Assembly (NCBI GenBank): GCA_951406725.2
Contig: OX597817.1
Location: 131,192,001-131,256,000, forward strand
Source of the DNA: Octopus vulgaris
Taxonomy: Eukaryota
Direction of reading: 5' to 3'
DNA: 64,000 bases
The position numbers were made by a program, and so were the translations under genes. Below, one piece after another: positions 1 through 11,662 of the stretch (position 1 is its first letter; every line of letters begins with the position of its first letter). A model generated the notes under the pieces. That model saw only the letters and a program-made list of their open reading frames with translations, did no database searches and was not told the origin of the DNA.

Positions 1-419
1 TTGAAATCCCCTACCAAGACTACCGTTTTGGACGTCACTAGAAAGTGCTCCAGTTCCCGATAAAAACCGGTCTGCCCACGTCCATTAGGAGCGTAGACAG
101 CCACCAACCTGAAGGACTGCTTACTCACGTGAGTCACATCTAAGACAACCAGCCTATCTTCTGGGTCCAGAAAGACAGTACTTACCTGTAAGTCCAAGTT
201 CTTCCTGAAAAGAACTGCCACGCCTGCACATCCCTCCCGGCTAGGAGAAATAAATTTCGCATAACCATTGAGAAGTGGTGAGAACTCTTGGGGTCCTTTC
301 ATCTTGGACTCGGTAACAATAGCTACATCGATTCTATGTGAAATGAGGTCGTCCAGAAAACAAGCCTGTTTCCATTTCGACCCCATTCCACGCACATTTA
401 TACAACCTAACTTAATCAT
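1..419 (-). CDS. Tx1/L1-clade LINE ORF2 N-terminus (AP-like endonuclease), open past the window edge
   Basis: Manual translation from ATG at 419: MIKLGCINVRGMGSKWKQACFLDDLISHRIDVAIVTESK...GVAVLF...RLVAVYAPN...VVLVGDF. It has the NVRG, TE, YAPN and GDF(N) motifs of L1/Tx1 endonucleases and no stop before the edge. Confidence 0.9.
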   Translation of the reverse strand, partial: MIKLGCINVRGMGSKWKQACFLDDLISHRIDVAIVTESKMKGPQEFSPLLNGYAKFISPSREGCAGVAVLFRKNLDLQVSTVFLDPEDRLVVLDVTHVSKQSFRLVAVYAPNGRGQTGFYRELEHFLVTSKTVVLVGDF

Positions 420-433
420 CGAAAAAAAGAAAA

Positions 434-1957
434 TTATTTACTCACGGTTGCGAGAGATTCCTTCTGCCTGTCTCCCTCCCACCCACTCGCCGTTGCTGCT
501 GGGCGTTTCACCGGCGTTGCCACCGGGCTCTGGGTTGGTGTGGATTCCGGGCTGACGTGTAATTTACCAGCCATCATCTCCTGGGTGACATCCTTAATGA
601 AGCCGGCTTTTACGTGTTCTTGGACGACGTTTCTTTTCCATTCTTCTTCGCTGACACTTGCATATCGCCACTCCGCATCCCTCTCGGTCGCTTTGTAGCA
701 CTTGATCTGCGTATTTGCTTTCACATATGTTACTACTCTCTCGTTCCTTGTGGTGTATGCTATACATTTTTCATTGGGTTTAAGCCCTTTTACAGTTGTG
801 GGGTGGGGTTTGTTAAAGTGCTGGCCTATAAATGTAGTACCGCCGGGGTGGGATTGGAGAATATTTTTAATTTGTTCGTCTGCGTTGTTTTTTTTTGTTA
901 TGGGTGGGGAGTCAGGGGTGATGGATTTTTTTCTTTTGTTCGACACGTTCGTGAATTCCATCTCTTCTTGTATATTTGTTTTTGTTGCATTAATTTCCTC
1001 CTCCTTTCCTTTCTTATTTTGCATTCCGTTCTATTCTTCCTCCTTTTTGGAGTTCGACTGTTTTTTTTCCTTCCTTGCTTTCTCCAGTCGTTACTTTGTT
1101 CTCCACTTTGCTGCTCTCTGCGTTCTTCACAGCGTTTTGTGTGTGTGTGGGGGGGTGTTGCCCGTATTATTTTCTTTGTGCAAACGGAGCGAACGTAGCC
1201 CTTTTTCCCGCACTTAAAACATCTGGGCCTGCGTCCTTCCACCGAAACTCGTATGGAGTGCCCCTCCCCCACGAAGACTCAGTCTGGTAGGCTTTCCAGC
1301 GTCGCATATTCCGCCTGGATAATCATCTCCAGCTGCTGGCCTCTCCAGTGTTTTGCTATTTTCCTCTTCATACTCAAAATTGTCAATTTTGATTCAACAT
1401 CAAAAATGACCGCTGTTGCCGCCCACATCACGTCGTAGCCCCTTGGTATATCTTCCAGTGTCACTTTTGCTGTTCTACACCCCAATATGCTCATTTTTCA
1501 ACGTTTGCGTCGAAATTTGCCTTGCTTCTTCCGCCGTCTCAAAATGCGCTTCAATAGTAGCGCTTCTTGCACCTCGGTTGACATGACGAACTTTGCTCCA
1601 TATTGGTGCTATACATTTTTCGACCACTTCGTTTTTCATGTCGGTCATTCGCTTCTCTTTTATGTTGTACACCTTATAGGTGACCATTTTTTCCCGTATT
1701 GCCTGTATAGTCTCAGGAGGCGGTACCAATCGTGTTTCTTCACCACTTTTTTGCACAAGCGGTCTGAACTTAAATAGTCTTTCCATTGACACCTCCATTT
1801 CTTCCACTTCGCCACCTACGGCGTCTGAAAAACTGGGTTTTGCCTGTGTTTCCTTTTGTTTAACAGTTGTTATACCTTCTCCCATCTCGGGAAAGTCTTT
1901 TTTTGAACTTAAGTCTAATTCCATATTAGACAACACAAAACTTGTCACAAATGACAA
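434..1957 (-). pseudogene. Frameshifted ORF1 (gag-like, zinc knuckle) of Tx1/L1-like element A
   Basis: ORF pieces 1475-1957, 1279-1494, 898-1272 and 434-1024 line up. Knuckle-like motif VEGRRPRCFKCGKKGYVRSVC. Directly followed by the endonuclease ORF2. Confidence 0.8.
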
Positions 1958-2194
1958 GGGAATTTTTTCAAAAATAACCTATACAGGTTAAGAGTTCACA
2001 CACAAAAAAACACACATAAATTTTCTACCCCGAAGGGCGAAAGTTACTGGGTCAAAAACAGGTCAACAATTATTATACGGGTAACACAACAAAGTAGACA
2101 AACAGAAACGAACTCACACAACGATTTGCAGCAACAGAAAAATATTTGGTATACTCCGAGGAAAAATAAAAAAAAAAACCGGTTTTCGATTGGA

Positions 2195-3799
2195 TTTATC
2201 TTTATTATAGGCACTAAGGCCCGAATTAAGAGGGGACATTACAATCAGGACACGGGGTACGTATAATAAAAAAATTGAAAAATATGAAGTGAAATGAATA
2301 TTTATAATGGATTAGATGGAACGGATTACGAGCCCCCCAAAACTCGCAGCTTCATTTAAAACACAGTTCTGCTATACTGGTCGTTCTATCAACCTCTCCT
2401 GATCCACAATAGCTGGCAAAGTGTCATAACGTACATATAACCATTCACATACACTATTATCATATCTCATTTTCTCCAATGTCTCTCTCCACAATTACCG
2501 CCTTCCACTGGTCATCATATGTTTCTGGGTTCAACTTTACTCTAATTAAACCTTTCCTACCTGCCAACATCTTTTCCGTATTTTTGTCCTTGAAATATAA
2601 CATTACCACTCTGTGTTTCTTTCCTTTGGGTCTTCCTCCTCTCTTACAAACTTTCAACTGCTCTTCCATTTTTCTGTCCCATTCTTCCTCTGCTGTTAAT
2701 TTTGCTGGTTCACTTGCTTTTGCTTCTGCATCACTCCCTTCGCACGTTCGGTCTTTCCTCTCGTCAGTAATATTGTTTTTCGCTTTTTTCTTCTTTTTTT
2801 TTGTTCTTTGGGTGGTGATTCCACCCGCGTTCTTTTTCTATTTTCTTTCTCCAACTCTTCACCACTTTCCACATTATCTGTAGTGATGATTTACTCCTCC
2901 ACACACGTATCTTTCCACTCCTTCGTTAAAGCCTCCAGTGCTATCGTTTTCTCCTGCACTTCTCCCAGCGGACACATCCTTCATGTGGCCTCTTATTTTG
3001 CATTTGTAACACACTGGGGTCTCCCCTCCACCACGACTCTAAGACGTGACTCATCAGGGAACACCAACTCCTCCGGGATGTTGTACAGGTCTGGCACGGT
3101 TATATGTACTAGAACCTGCACCGCATATCCCCACCACTTTACTTCTGTTGACCTTTCCACCTTCAACACCTCAACGCTTTCCTTGCAGTTGAAAACCACT
3201 GCCGCTAGAATCCTTTCCATATTAAGTTCCGGTGAAATCCTACCGATTCTTATTCTTACTGCCCTCTTTCCGCAGTAACTTGGTAATAATGTCCATCTTT
3301 CAGATTTCAAAATTTTCGTAGCATTCCTTCTCGCTTCATTTTCGTTTTTTAAAATGGACAACCATTGTAGCGTATTTTCTTCCTCTGTTGTAAAAGGTAG
3401 GTTCTCCCTCAATTCCCTGCAGACATTTCTCTATTTCCTCCGTCTCTGCCACTTCTATTTTCTTTGAAGCCACGCTCCACGTTCTGTATGTTATCATACG
3501 TTTCTCCGCTTCTTTTGCTTCTTCTTCAGACGGTGTGACTCTCACACAATCACCTTCCTTCTTCAAGCTGTCGAAATATTTTTCCAAAGTCTCTTTCTCG
3601 ACTACCACTTCTTCCAGCTCTAGTTCACTCGCAGTCAGGCTTCTGCCTGCCGCTCCCGCATACGCCTGGGCTTGCATTTTCGAAAAATCTCAAAAAAAAA
3701 AAAAATTCACCACGTCTCAACGGCCTTCACCAACGAACTCGAACTCACAACCTCGACACACCAATAACGCAATCAAAAATTCTGACACAAAAAAAAAAG
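2195..3799 (-). mobile_element. ORF1-only (HAL1-like) Tx1-related non-autonomous retroelement (element B)
   Basis: ORF pieces 3336-3677, 2993-3412 and 2460-2669. The first two are homologous to element A ORF1 (NRGRKYAT vs NRGARSAT; LRVVVEGRPQC vs IRVSVEGRRPRC; knuckle CYKCKIRGH in a shifted frame). No ORF2. AATAAA lies just before the 3' boundary. Flanked by the direct repeat CGGTTTTCGATTGGA at 2180-2194 and 3800-3814. Confidence 0.7.
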
Positions 3800-3879
3800 C
3801 GGTTTTCGATTGGAGAGACCTATTTGCGAATATTTATTTAATGTTTTTCCCAGCAACCACTGTCGCTGATTTCGAAAAA

Positions 3880-4100
3880 CTGTCTGAAAGCAATAATAAA
3901 ACTGTTATTCCATTGTTAAAGCCCAATAATTTCCCTCGCTCTAATATTAATATTTCCAAGTACTTTTCTAGCCCGGTTTAACACTCTATCTGTAGAATTA
4001 TCAAGAAAATGGGATTTATGGTATTTTAAAGTAATAAACGCCTCTCCCTTAGCTAAGAATTCTAATCTGTCATCGATATAACTACGTTTAGCATATATTA
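3880..4100 (-). mobile_element. Degenerate Penelope-like element RT N-terminal fragment (Hydra-clade-like)
   Basis: Translation IDDRLEFLAKGEAFITLKYHKSHFLDNSTDRVLN...IIGL*QWNN resembles the PLE motif AFITLKDHKxNF...RLINP...LNQW. Confidence 0.6.
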
Positions 4101-4430
4101 AAAAAAGGGGTCTGTCAGAATTTTGGATAATTCTTCATTAGCGCTTTCATTTGATAAACCAATCACTTCGGTTAAACGAACGATATCACTAATAAAGAAT
4201 TATCCGAAATTCTGTCTACCTCCTTTTTCTGAATATACAATATCTGCACACACTTCAAACACAGTTTGCATACATGCATACATACATACATACACACATA
4301 CATACATACATACATACATACATACATACATACATACACACACAAACACACATACAAACACATATATTCACACATATAATATTTGTATTGCGGTAACATT
4401 TTAAATAATAGTGAATATAGCCGTATGTTT

Positions 4431-4539
4431 GGCTGTGTGGTAGGAAGACTGCTTTCTAACTACACGGTCGAGAGTTTAGTCCTACTGCATGGCTACTTGG
4501 GCAAGTGAATTAGGTAGGCGGAAACCGAAAGAAGCCCGT

Positions 4540-4541
<2 letters not shown>
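4431..4541 (+). mobile_element. Octopus-type tRNA-derived SINE, degenerate 5' part
   Basis: GGCTGTGTGGTAGGAAG...CTTGGGCAAGTG...CGGAAACCGAAAGAAGCCCG is homologous to the intact copy at 7680-8097. Confidence 0.75.
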
Positions 4542-4579
<38 letters not shown>

Positions 4580-4583
<4 letters not shown>

Positions 4584-4946
4584 GATACCTCGCAGTACGA
4601 GTTTAATTCGTTCCATGACCGATTTTGTCGCTTTACAAAGCAATTACCCCGTTAAAATTAGCCAAAATATAATTAATCCGTTCCAGTTCACAAAAACCAC
4701 TTTAAAATACTTTATGTTATGATTTTTAAAACAGAAAAGTTGAGGTTACAATTAAAATGACTATTGGGAAAAGAAGAGACTAAAAACGAAATATGAAAAC
4801 TGGTTTTATTACCTGAATTACTTTAAAATGGGACGATTTGTGTCCTCTGCGGATTCGCGCTCGTACTTCAAGACAAAAATTCGCACGCGGCTCGGCTCGT
4901 ACAGCAAATTCCTCGTCCAATGGGGCATTCGTACAACGGGGTTCTG

Positions 4947-4949
<3 letters not shown>
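4580..4949. mobile_element. Tigger/pogo-like non-autonomous DNA transposon (MITE) inserted in (TA)n
   Basis: Imperfect TIRs CAGAGATACCTCGCAGTACGAG and CAGCAGAACCCCGTTGTACGAA (reverse complement); TA on both flanks. Confidence 0.65.
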
Positions 4950-4979
<30 letters not shown>

Positions 4980-4981
<2 letters not shown>

Positions 4982-5232
4982 TCGGACACAAGGCTAGCAG
5001 CACTTCTTTATCTAGCAAAATTTGGGAACTTAAAGACAACAACATAGATTTTAGCCTTAGGTGGTCCATTATCGGATCAGCTGCACCTTATAGAAATAAT
5101 AGATCAGGGTGCCAGCTATGTAATGTAGAACTCCTGAATATCATTAAATTCAAGGAGAAAAACAAATTAATTAATAAAAGATACGAATTTAAACCTTCTT
5201 GTATACATAAACTGACTAAAACCTTCAAATAA
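4980..5232 (+). mobile_element. Penelope-like element GIY-YIG C-terminal fragment (Hydra-clade-like)
   Basis: STSLSSKIWELKDNNIDFSLRWSII...APY...CQLCNVE...LINKRYEFKPSCIHK matches the (K/R)W, CxLC and LNKRxE...CxH tail of these endonucleases. Confidence 0.75.
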
Positions 5233-5849
5233 TACAAGGCTTAGGCTCATATACATAACTCTCCCATGTAACATCCTCATATCTACTTACAGCACTGTTA
5301 ACCCCAGCACATCTCGTTCATTTTTTCCCATCATTTTTCCCATCACTTCTAATTTTGATATCGAGGCTATTCCCCTAAGTTGTTTTTCATCCCCCTCAAC
5401 TCCCCCTTTTTTCACCTTTGATTGTTCCCTAATTTCCCCTTTTCCTACCTATGTTTTCCTACCTTTCTGGGTTTTTACGTTTACATTCACCTTTATTTTT
5501 ATCTTCATTTTATTTTTATTCTTATTTTTATTTTTATTCTTATTTTTATTTTCATTTTTACTTTCATGTTTATCCTTTCATCTTCGCCTTTACTTTCCCA
5601 TCTATTTGAACTTCTTAATCTCTAACCCTCTAAACGCTTGTTTAATTTATTGATCCACATTTTTATTTCTGTTTTTATTTTCCTCTAAGTTTGCCGTATC
5701 TCTTAACTTTTTTCTTTTTTTCTTCCTTTTCTGATTTACCCTTACGCATCATAATTTGCTAATTATTTATTTATAATTTTTTTATAATTGTTTTATAATT
5801 GTTTATAATCGCTACATCACCGTATTCGAGACAGACATTTAGTCTATGT

Positions 5850-6116
5850 GGGTTCTTTTTGCGTGTGTGCGGGAATGAATCTTCGAACGCATAGGTGTGG
5901 AGATCTGTATATTTCGAGAGTTACACGTACCCTTGCGTGGAAGTATGTATCTGCGCAGGCGTACACACATTCGTGCACACGTGTGTATATGAGTATATGG
6001 GCATAGATGTGCATGTGAGTATATCTATGTGGGCACCTGTAGTTTTGTGTGTATATATATGCCTGTATGGAGTGTATATATGTATATGTATATATATATA
6101 TGTGTGTGTGTATGTG

Positions 6117-6153
<37 letters not shown>

Positions 6154-6208
6154 GTATGTTTATGTATGTATGTGTGTATATATTTATATATATATATGTA
6201 TATATATG

Positions 6209-6239
<31 letters not shown>

Positions 6240-6781
6240 ATATATGTTAGTACTTCTTTGCTCGAGTGCATAAGAATACATGTGCACGTGTGTGCATACA
6301 TGTGAACGGGTGCACTAGTTTCTGTGCATGTATAGATGCATATGTGTAGGTTTATGAATCTGGGTGTGTTTGTATGTATGATGTTATGTGCACTCGTGCA
6401 CGTGGGTGGACGTATGTGTGTATGCACATGTAAACAGGTATGTGCACGCATGAACTTGGGTGAACCTGTAGGGACGCATACATGTTGGCGTATGCATGTG
6501 TTTGTTTTATGTTTAGGTATCTTTGTATACGCGTACATGTGTACATGTGCATGTATATATATGGGTATACACACACATATATATACATATGCGTGTGTGT
6601 ATGTGCATGTGTGAGTGTGCATGTATATATGTGTATGTATACATATGTGTGTATATACACAGCGATATGATTACTTAAGTATGGGTGTATATACGTGTTT
6701 GTGCCCATGTGCGTATGTACGTAGGTTCTTTTATGTAGGTGCATGCACGGTTTTCCATGTGTGTATGTGTGTACATATATG

Positions 6782-6813
<32 letters not shown>

Positions 6814-7118
6814 TGTGTATGTATGTGTGTACGTGTGTGTATATGTATGTGGGTGTATTTGTATGCATGTATATAGGTGTATATATACATGTGTAGATAT
6901 GGATGTGTATATATATATATGTGTGTGTATGTATATATATATATATGTGCGGGTTTATGTATGCGTGTGTAGCGGCATCTATGTATTTGTGTATCCGGGT
7001 GTGTACTTTACTTTTATATGGGTGTATATATATATATATATATATAGTTATATGTGTGTGTATATGTGTATACATACATATGTGTATGCGTATGTGTGCG
7101 TGTACGTGTCTGTACATG

Positions 7119-7156
<38 letters not shown>
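5850..7156. repeat. Compound (TA)n/(TG)n/(TATG)n low-complexity tract
   Basis: Purine-pyrimidine alternating sequence for about 1.3 kb; the overlapping ORFs are Y/I/C/V/H/T repeats. Confidence 0.95.
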
Positions 7157-7158
<2 letters not shown>

Positions 7159-7324
7159 AAGTATAGAAGCCATCTTATCATGGCTAACCACATTGGGGAG
7201 GGGGTGTTACTGTAGCTTTATAGCCCCAAGAGATATTCGTCTCTAGCTGGCTTTAGACACAATATCTGTGTCCTTGGAGTATTTGCAAAGCGAGGCCATC
7301 CCTTCCTCGCAAGCCTGAGTGATA

Positions 7325-7369
7325 CGCTCGAACTAGTTTCGGGATTTTTGTCCCTCGTCAACGGGCGGT
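7325..7369 (-). ncRNA. Degenerate minimal type I hammerhead ribozyme
   Basis: Minus strand: CGCCCG-UUGACGA-GGGA(caaaaa)UCCC-GAAA-CUAG-UU-CGAGCG. C3U core change and one stem I mismatch. Confidence 0.5.
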
Positions 7370-7679
7370 AACCACCAGGTAGCGATGAAAGAGAAGGCTC
7401 CTTTGCAAATAGATATAAGTAAGCATAATTAAATCTCAGAATGAGATTGAAACAGTATATATATATGTTGATTGATTATAATACAGTTCCAGACTATAGA
7501 CACACCAGAGCACACAACTTAAATTAACCATTCACCCACTACCATTCCACTCCCCAGATAATTAAGTTTTAATTTATGACACTCACTAAACATCAGCCCT
7601 AACCCATAATATCTAACCACCACGTATTTTTCTGTATCTCTTTATTCTTATCTTACTTTATCTTTATGTCCACTTCTTA

Positions 7680-7895
7680 TACTCTTACTCTTTACTCTTT
7701 TACTTGTTTCAGTCATTTGACTGCGGCCATGCTGGAGCACCGCCTTTAGTCGAGCAAATCGACCCCGGGACTTATTCTTTGTAAGCCCAGTACTTATTCT
7801 ATCGTTCTCTTTTGCCGAACCGCTAAGTAACGGGGACGTAAACACACCAGCATCGGTTGTCAAGCAATGCTAGGGGGACAAACACAGACACACAA

Positions 7896-7926
<31 letters not shown>

Positions 7927-8097
7927 CATATATACGACAGGCTTCTTTCAGTTTCCGTCTACCAAATCCACTCACAAGGCATTGGTCGGCCCGGGGCTAT
8001 AGCAGAAGACACTTGCCCAAGATGCCACGCAGTGGGACTGAACCCGGGACCATGTGGTTGGTAAGCAAGCTACTTACCACACAGCCACTTCTGCGCC
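7680..8097 (-). mobile_element. Full-length Octopus-type tRNA-derived SINE
   Basis: tRNA-like head (TGGCTGTGTGG A-box-like, GGTTCAGTCCC B-box-like), internal (TA)/(TG) tract, 3' tail GGTGCTCCAGCATGGCCGCAGTCAAATGACTGAAAC followed by AAGAGT repeats. Confidence 0.9.
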
Positions 8098-8571
8098 TAT
8101 ATTTCTTTTTTTATTTTTTTATCCCTGTATTTCCTGGTTATTTTTTACTTAAACTTACTCTTTACCCTTTAGGTCTGTTACCTTCTACACTGTCACAATA
8201 CATCCCTTGAATTTATGACCTACACACGATATACTTTGTATCTGCATATACTTATTTTTTTACATCTTTACTCATTTTATTACCATTATTCCTGTATAAT
8301 CACGTTTAAACTTATACATATACCTTTTCCTCTTTGTGATCCCAACTTCGTTAAAGAGTCTCCCCCCCCCCACCTCCTCCCCCTTTCTCTCAACATTCAA
8401 CCCATCTCATTCCTTATCGACTGAAAAAACGGTATGGACGTTTTGTTTTGGTGTCTCGCTATGCTATATACGACTATGAGGATTTGCCTTCCCAATGTAA
8501 CTCGTTTTTTTCCCAAACTTCCTCTCAAACCTGCTATAATGTAATACATGTCTTTGGTGTGGTAATTGTAC

Positions 8572-8658
8572 GCGGCTGAAGAAGGCTGTTGACCTACATG
8601 CTATATCAATTATGCATTGATATAAATTGCTCAATAAAGCCAGAAACATATGTACCGC
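8572..8658 (+). ncRNA. Type I hammerhead ribozyme with long stem II
   Basis: GCGG-CUGAAGA-aGGCU...AGCCa-GAAA-CAUAUG-UA-CCGC. Intact core, palindromic stem III, predicted cut after A8654. The closing pair of stem II is A.A. Confidence 0.75.
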
Positions 8659-8692
8659 AAAATCCTTTGCATCCTGTTTTTTCTTTTGATAA

Positions 8693-8770
<78 letters not shown>

Positions 8771-8789
8771 TTTGTGTCCTTTGTGTGTG

Positions 8790-9000
8790 TGTGTGTCCTT
8801 TGTACCCCGCCATTGCTTGACAACCGATGTCGGTGTGTTTACGTACCGCAACTTTGCGATTTGGCAAAAGGGGTGGATAGAATTAGTACTAGGCTTCAAA
8901 AGAGTAAGTCCTGGGAGTCGATTCCTCGACTAAAGCTCTTTAAGGCGGCGCTCCAGCATGGTAGCAGTCAATTGGTAGAGAAAAACAAGAGTAAAAGAAA
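8790..9000 (+). mobile_element. Octopus-type SINE 3' half
   Basis: Homologous to the 3' half of 7680-8097 (GCTTGACAACCGATG...GGCGCTCCAGCATGG...AAGAGTAAAAG). Confidence 0.85.
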
Positions 9001-9679
9001 AGAATATAAATGTTTTTATTTAAAAATTGACAGTTTCATTTTCGTAGCTGAGTCGTTCGTAATGTGGGTAGTTTTACGTAACGAAAGTGTTACGTCTTTT
9101 GTTTGTCTTTATTAGGCATAATAAAAAGAAGAACAAAATGCTTCAATCAATGATGAAGCGAATCAAAGAATAATATTGATTGATATTTTTTCAGGAACTC
9201 TTTGGTTGGCTGAAAATTCGGTTAGAGATCCCGAATATAAAAAAGGGCCATAGTTTGCCGACATTGCTGAACATAAAGTCACGAAAGAAAGAGATCCACG
9301 CTCTGGATACGAAATGCGTTAGGGGAGATTTCAACCAGAATAATTCAAGACAATTGGCGAATGGCAAAAACAGTTTTCAATATAAACGCTAACGAGTTTC
9401 TTTTTCCCTCCCCATCCGCCTTCTCCCCATCCGCCTTCTCCCCATCCGCCTTCTCCTCCTCCTCCTTCTCCCCTCCTCCTTCTTCATCCTCCCCTTCTCC
9501 CTCCCCCTCTCCCTCATCCACCTATCTTCTTTTTCGTTCATGGATACGGCCGCTACCATTCCGTGTGTTTACCCTTTGTATATGAATTATAGCTCTGAGG
9601 ACTGCACCTCTTCAAGGCATTCATTCAGTTTCTGCCAGAATCAACGTCGTCATCCTGCTCATCATCAATGATTAAAGTC

Positions 9680-9850
9680 CATCCTCCTTGCTGGCATGGG
9701 TTCGACATTTTGACACCGAAAATCTACTCCAGGCCCCGATCATTTGTTTTGTCGTGATTTCTAAGGCTGGATGCCATTCCTAACTGCAACCACCCCACGG
9801 AGTGTTCTAGGTGCTTGTTAATTGATACAATTACCAGTATTTTTACGAAG
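9680..9850 (-). mobile_element. SINE fragment (core GGCTGGATGCC..CCTAAC..CAACC)
   Basis: Recognisable molluscan SINE core-like segment; boundaries approximate. Confidence 0.45.
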
Positions 9851-9869
9851 CACCAGTTCCCACAGCAAT

Positions 9870-10901
9870 GAAGAAAAGGAACTGATAAGTGTGGAAGACG
9901 GTGTGCGTATTGAACTCGAGGGCTTAATGAGATACCTAGCCCAAAGTAAGGAAACATTGCTGGAGGCAGAAAGGAAAGAGAGAGCACTCAGAGCAGAGAA
10001 GATAAGGGAAAACAATGGAAGAAGTCCAAAAAGAATATGAAGAATAATTACACAAGAAGGGACAACACCATCAATCCCATATAGCTACAACAGAAGTTGC
10101 AGTGAAAAATAGATGGGATGGGCTGATGTAAGGAACCCTAAAAAGAAAGAGACAGAGAGCACTATACTGGCAGCGCAAGACCAAACTTTGTCCACGAACT
10201 GGAGGGTCAACCTTAGGAATGAGTAAATGTCTCCGTTGTGCAGCATCTGCAATAGAGTGAATGAAACCATTGTCTATATCACAAATGAATGCCCTAAGAT
10301 GGCATAAAACGACTAAAAGTTGTAGCGACATGACCAGGTAGTGAAAGTGCTACATTGAAATGTGTGCGATAAGAGGTGGGCTACAGAAAAGCAAATCGTG
10401 ATATGAGCACAAACCGCAGAGAGTGACGGTGTCAGAGACTAGCAAAATCCTCTGGAATTTCTCAATTCAAAAAGATCAGGTGCTAGAGCACAACGGACCG
10501 GACCTAGTGGTGTTGGACAGGGTGCACCACGTATGCTTTATAGTAGATGTTGCATGCCCATTTGACCCACGATTAGTCAAGAAAGAAGGCGAAAATATAG
10601 ACACAACACACTTAAGTACGGATTATCCCGGCTGTGGAAAATGAACAAGGTGAAGATATTGCTAATTATTGTTGGGTCCTTGGGAACAGTATCAGAAGGC
10701 ATCAAGAAGAAAAAAAAGGAAATTGGAATAGAGTAACGAACACAACTGTTACAAAAGATTTGCATCCTTGGCACAACCATAACAATCAGGTAAGTATTAG
10801 ATAGTTGAAAAAACTGATGGCATGGTAACGCAGGCTGCATGTAGTAAACCCAATACACATGCAAGACTCCAGAAACAACAACAAAACCTGCGATGCAGAG
10901 A

Positions 10902-10905
<4 letters not shown>
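9870..10905 (+). mobile_element. R4/Dong-type RLE non-LTR retrotransposon, degenerate 3' fragment
   Basis: LISVEDGVRIE..., ETESTILAAQDQ, RHDQV, KILWNFSIQKDQVLEHNGPDLVVLD...IVDVACPFD (restriction-like endonuclease). Ends in (TAA)n. Confidence 0.85.
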
Positions 10906-10996
<91 letters not shown>

Positions 10997-11004
10997 TAAT
11001 AATA

Positions 11005-11660
11005 CCCCAAAGCAAACGTCAACAGAATCTGTATGAAAAGAAAGAATGGTGGCAGAGGACTAATTAGTATAGACCATTGTATAAGGAGTGAAAAGAGAAC
11101 ACTTGCCCAGTTTTTGATAAATAGTGATGAAGACCTGCTGCAATATTCTGCGAAAGATATGGGTGTAAATGCAGAAGAAATGATGGGCAATGAAGAGTTT
11201 AATCAAGGAGCTGCGGAGAAAGAAATGAAGACCTTCTTGAAATGAAAATGCATGGAGTGTTTGAAAGGTATACACAAGGGGTTAAGGATAATTCAGCATC
11301 GGGGGCATGGCTTGAGCAAGGTGAACTGAAGCGTACCACCGAAAGCCTGACCATTGCTGCACAAGTCCAGGCTCTCGCTACCAATTCAGTGAAGTATAAC
11401 ATCTATAAAACTTTTGACACCCAGAAATGCAGACTCTGTGGAAAGAGTGTGGAAAATGTGACCCACTCGGTAAGTGGATGTGAGAGCCTTGCAGAAAAAG
11501 AATACAAGCGCCGCCACGATAAAGTGTGTGTGTCTCTTCAATGGCTCTTTTGCCGCATATACCAATATGAAGTAACAGAGAACTGATGTGAGCATGTACC
11601 AAGTAAAGTTATGCAGGAGGATGGAAAAGAAAAGATACACTGAGACTAAAATTTTCAGTA
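11005..11660 (+). mobile_element. R4/Dong-type RLE retrotransposon fragment
   Basis: RKNGGRGLISI...MHG...LKRTTESLTIAAQVQALATN...CRLCGKSVENVTHSVSGC...YKRRHDKV (CCHC finger and RHD motif). Starts right after (TAA)n. Confidence 0.85.
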
Positions 11661-11662
11661 CG

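Larger units (their letters stand above)
1..2179 (-). mobile_element. Tx1/L1-clade non-LTR retrotransposon, 5' part (element A)
   Basis: 5'UTR starting with a T-run, then ORF1, then ORF2 endonuclease. The 5' boundary lies at the 15-bp repeat at 2180-2194. Confidence 0.85.

Noticed and set aside
614-1217. Plus-strand hydrophobic ORFs
   Set aside because: Antisense shadows of the purine-rich LINE ORF1.
5844-7246. Many long overlapping ORFs rich in Y/I/H/T/C/V
   Set aside because: Translations of (TA)/(TG)/(CA) microsatellites; the same applies to similar ORFs throughout the window.
7290-7320. CTTCCTCGCAAG resembling an HDV-like ribozyme L3 loop
   Set aside because: P1, P2 and P1.1 pairings could not be assembled.
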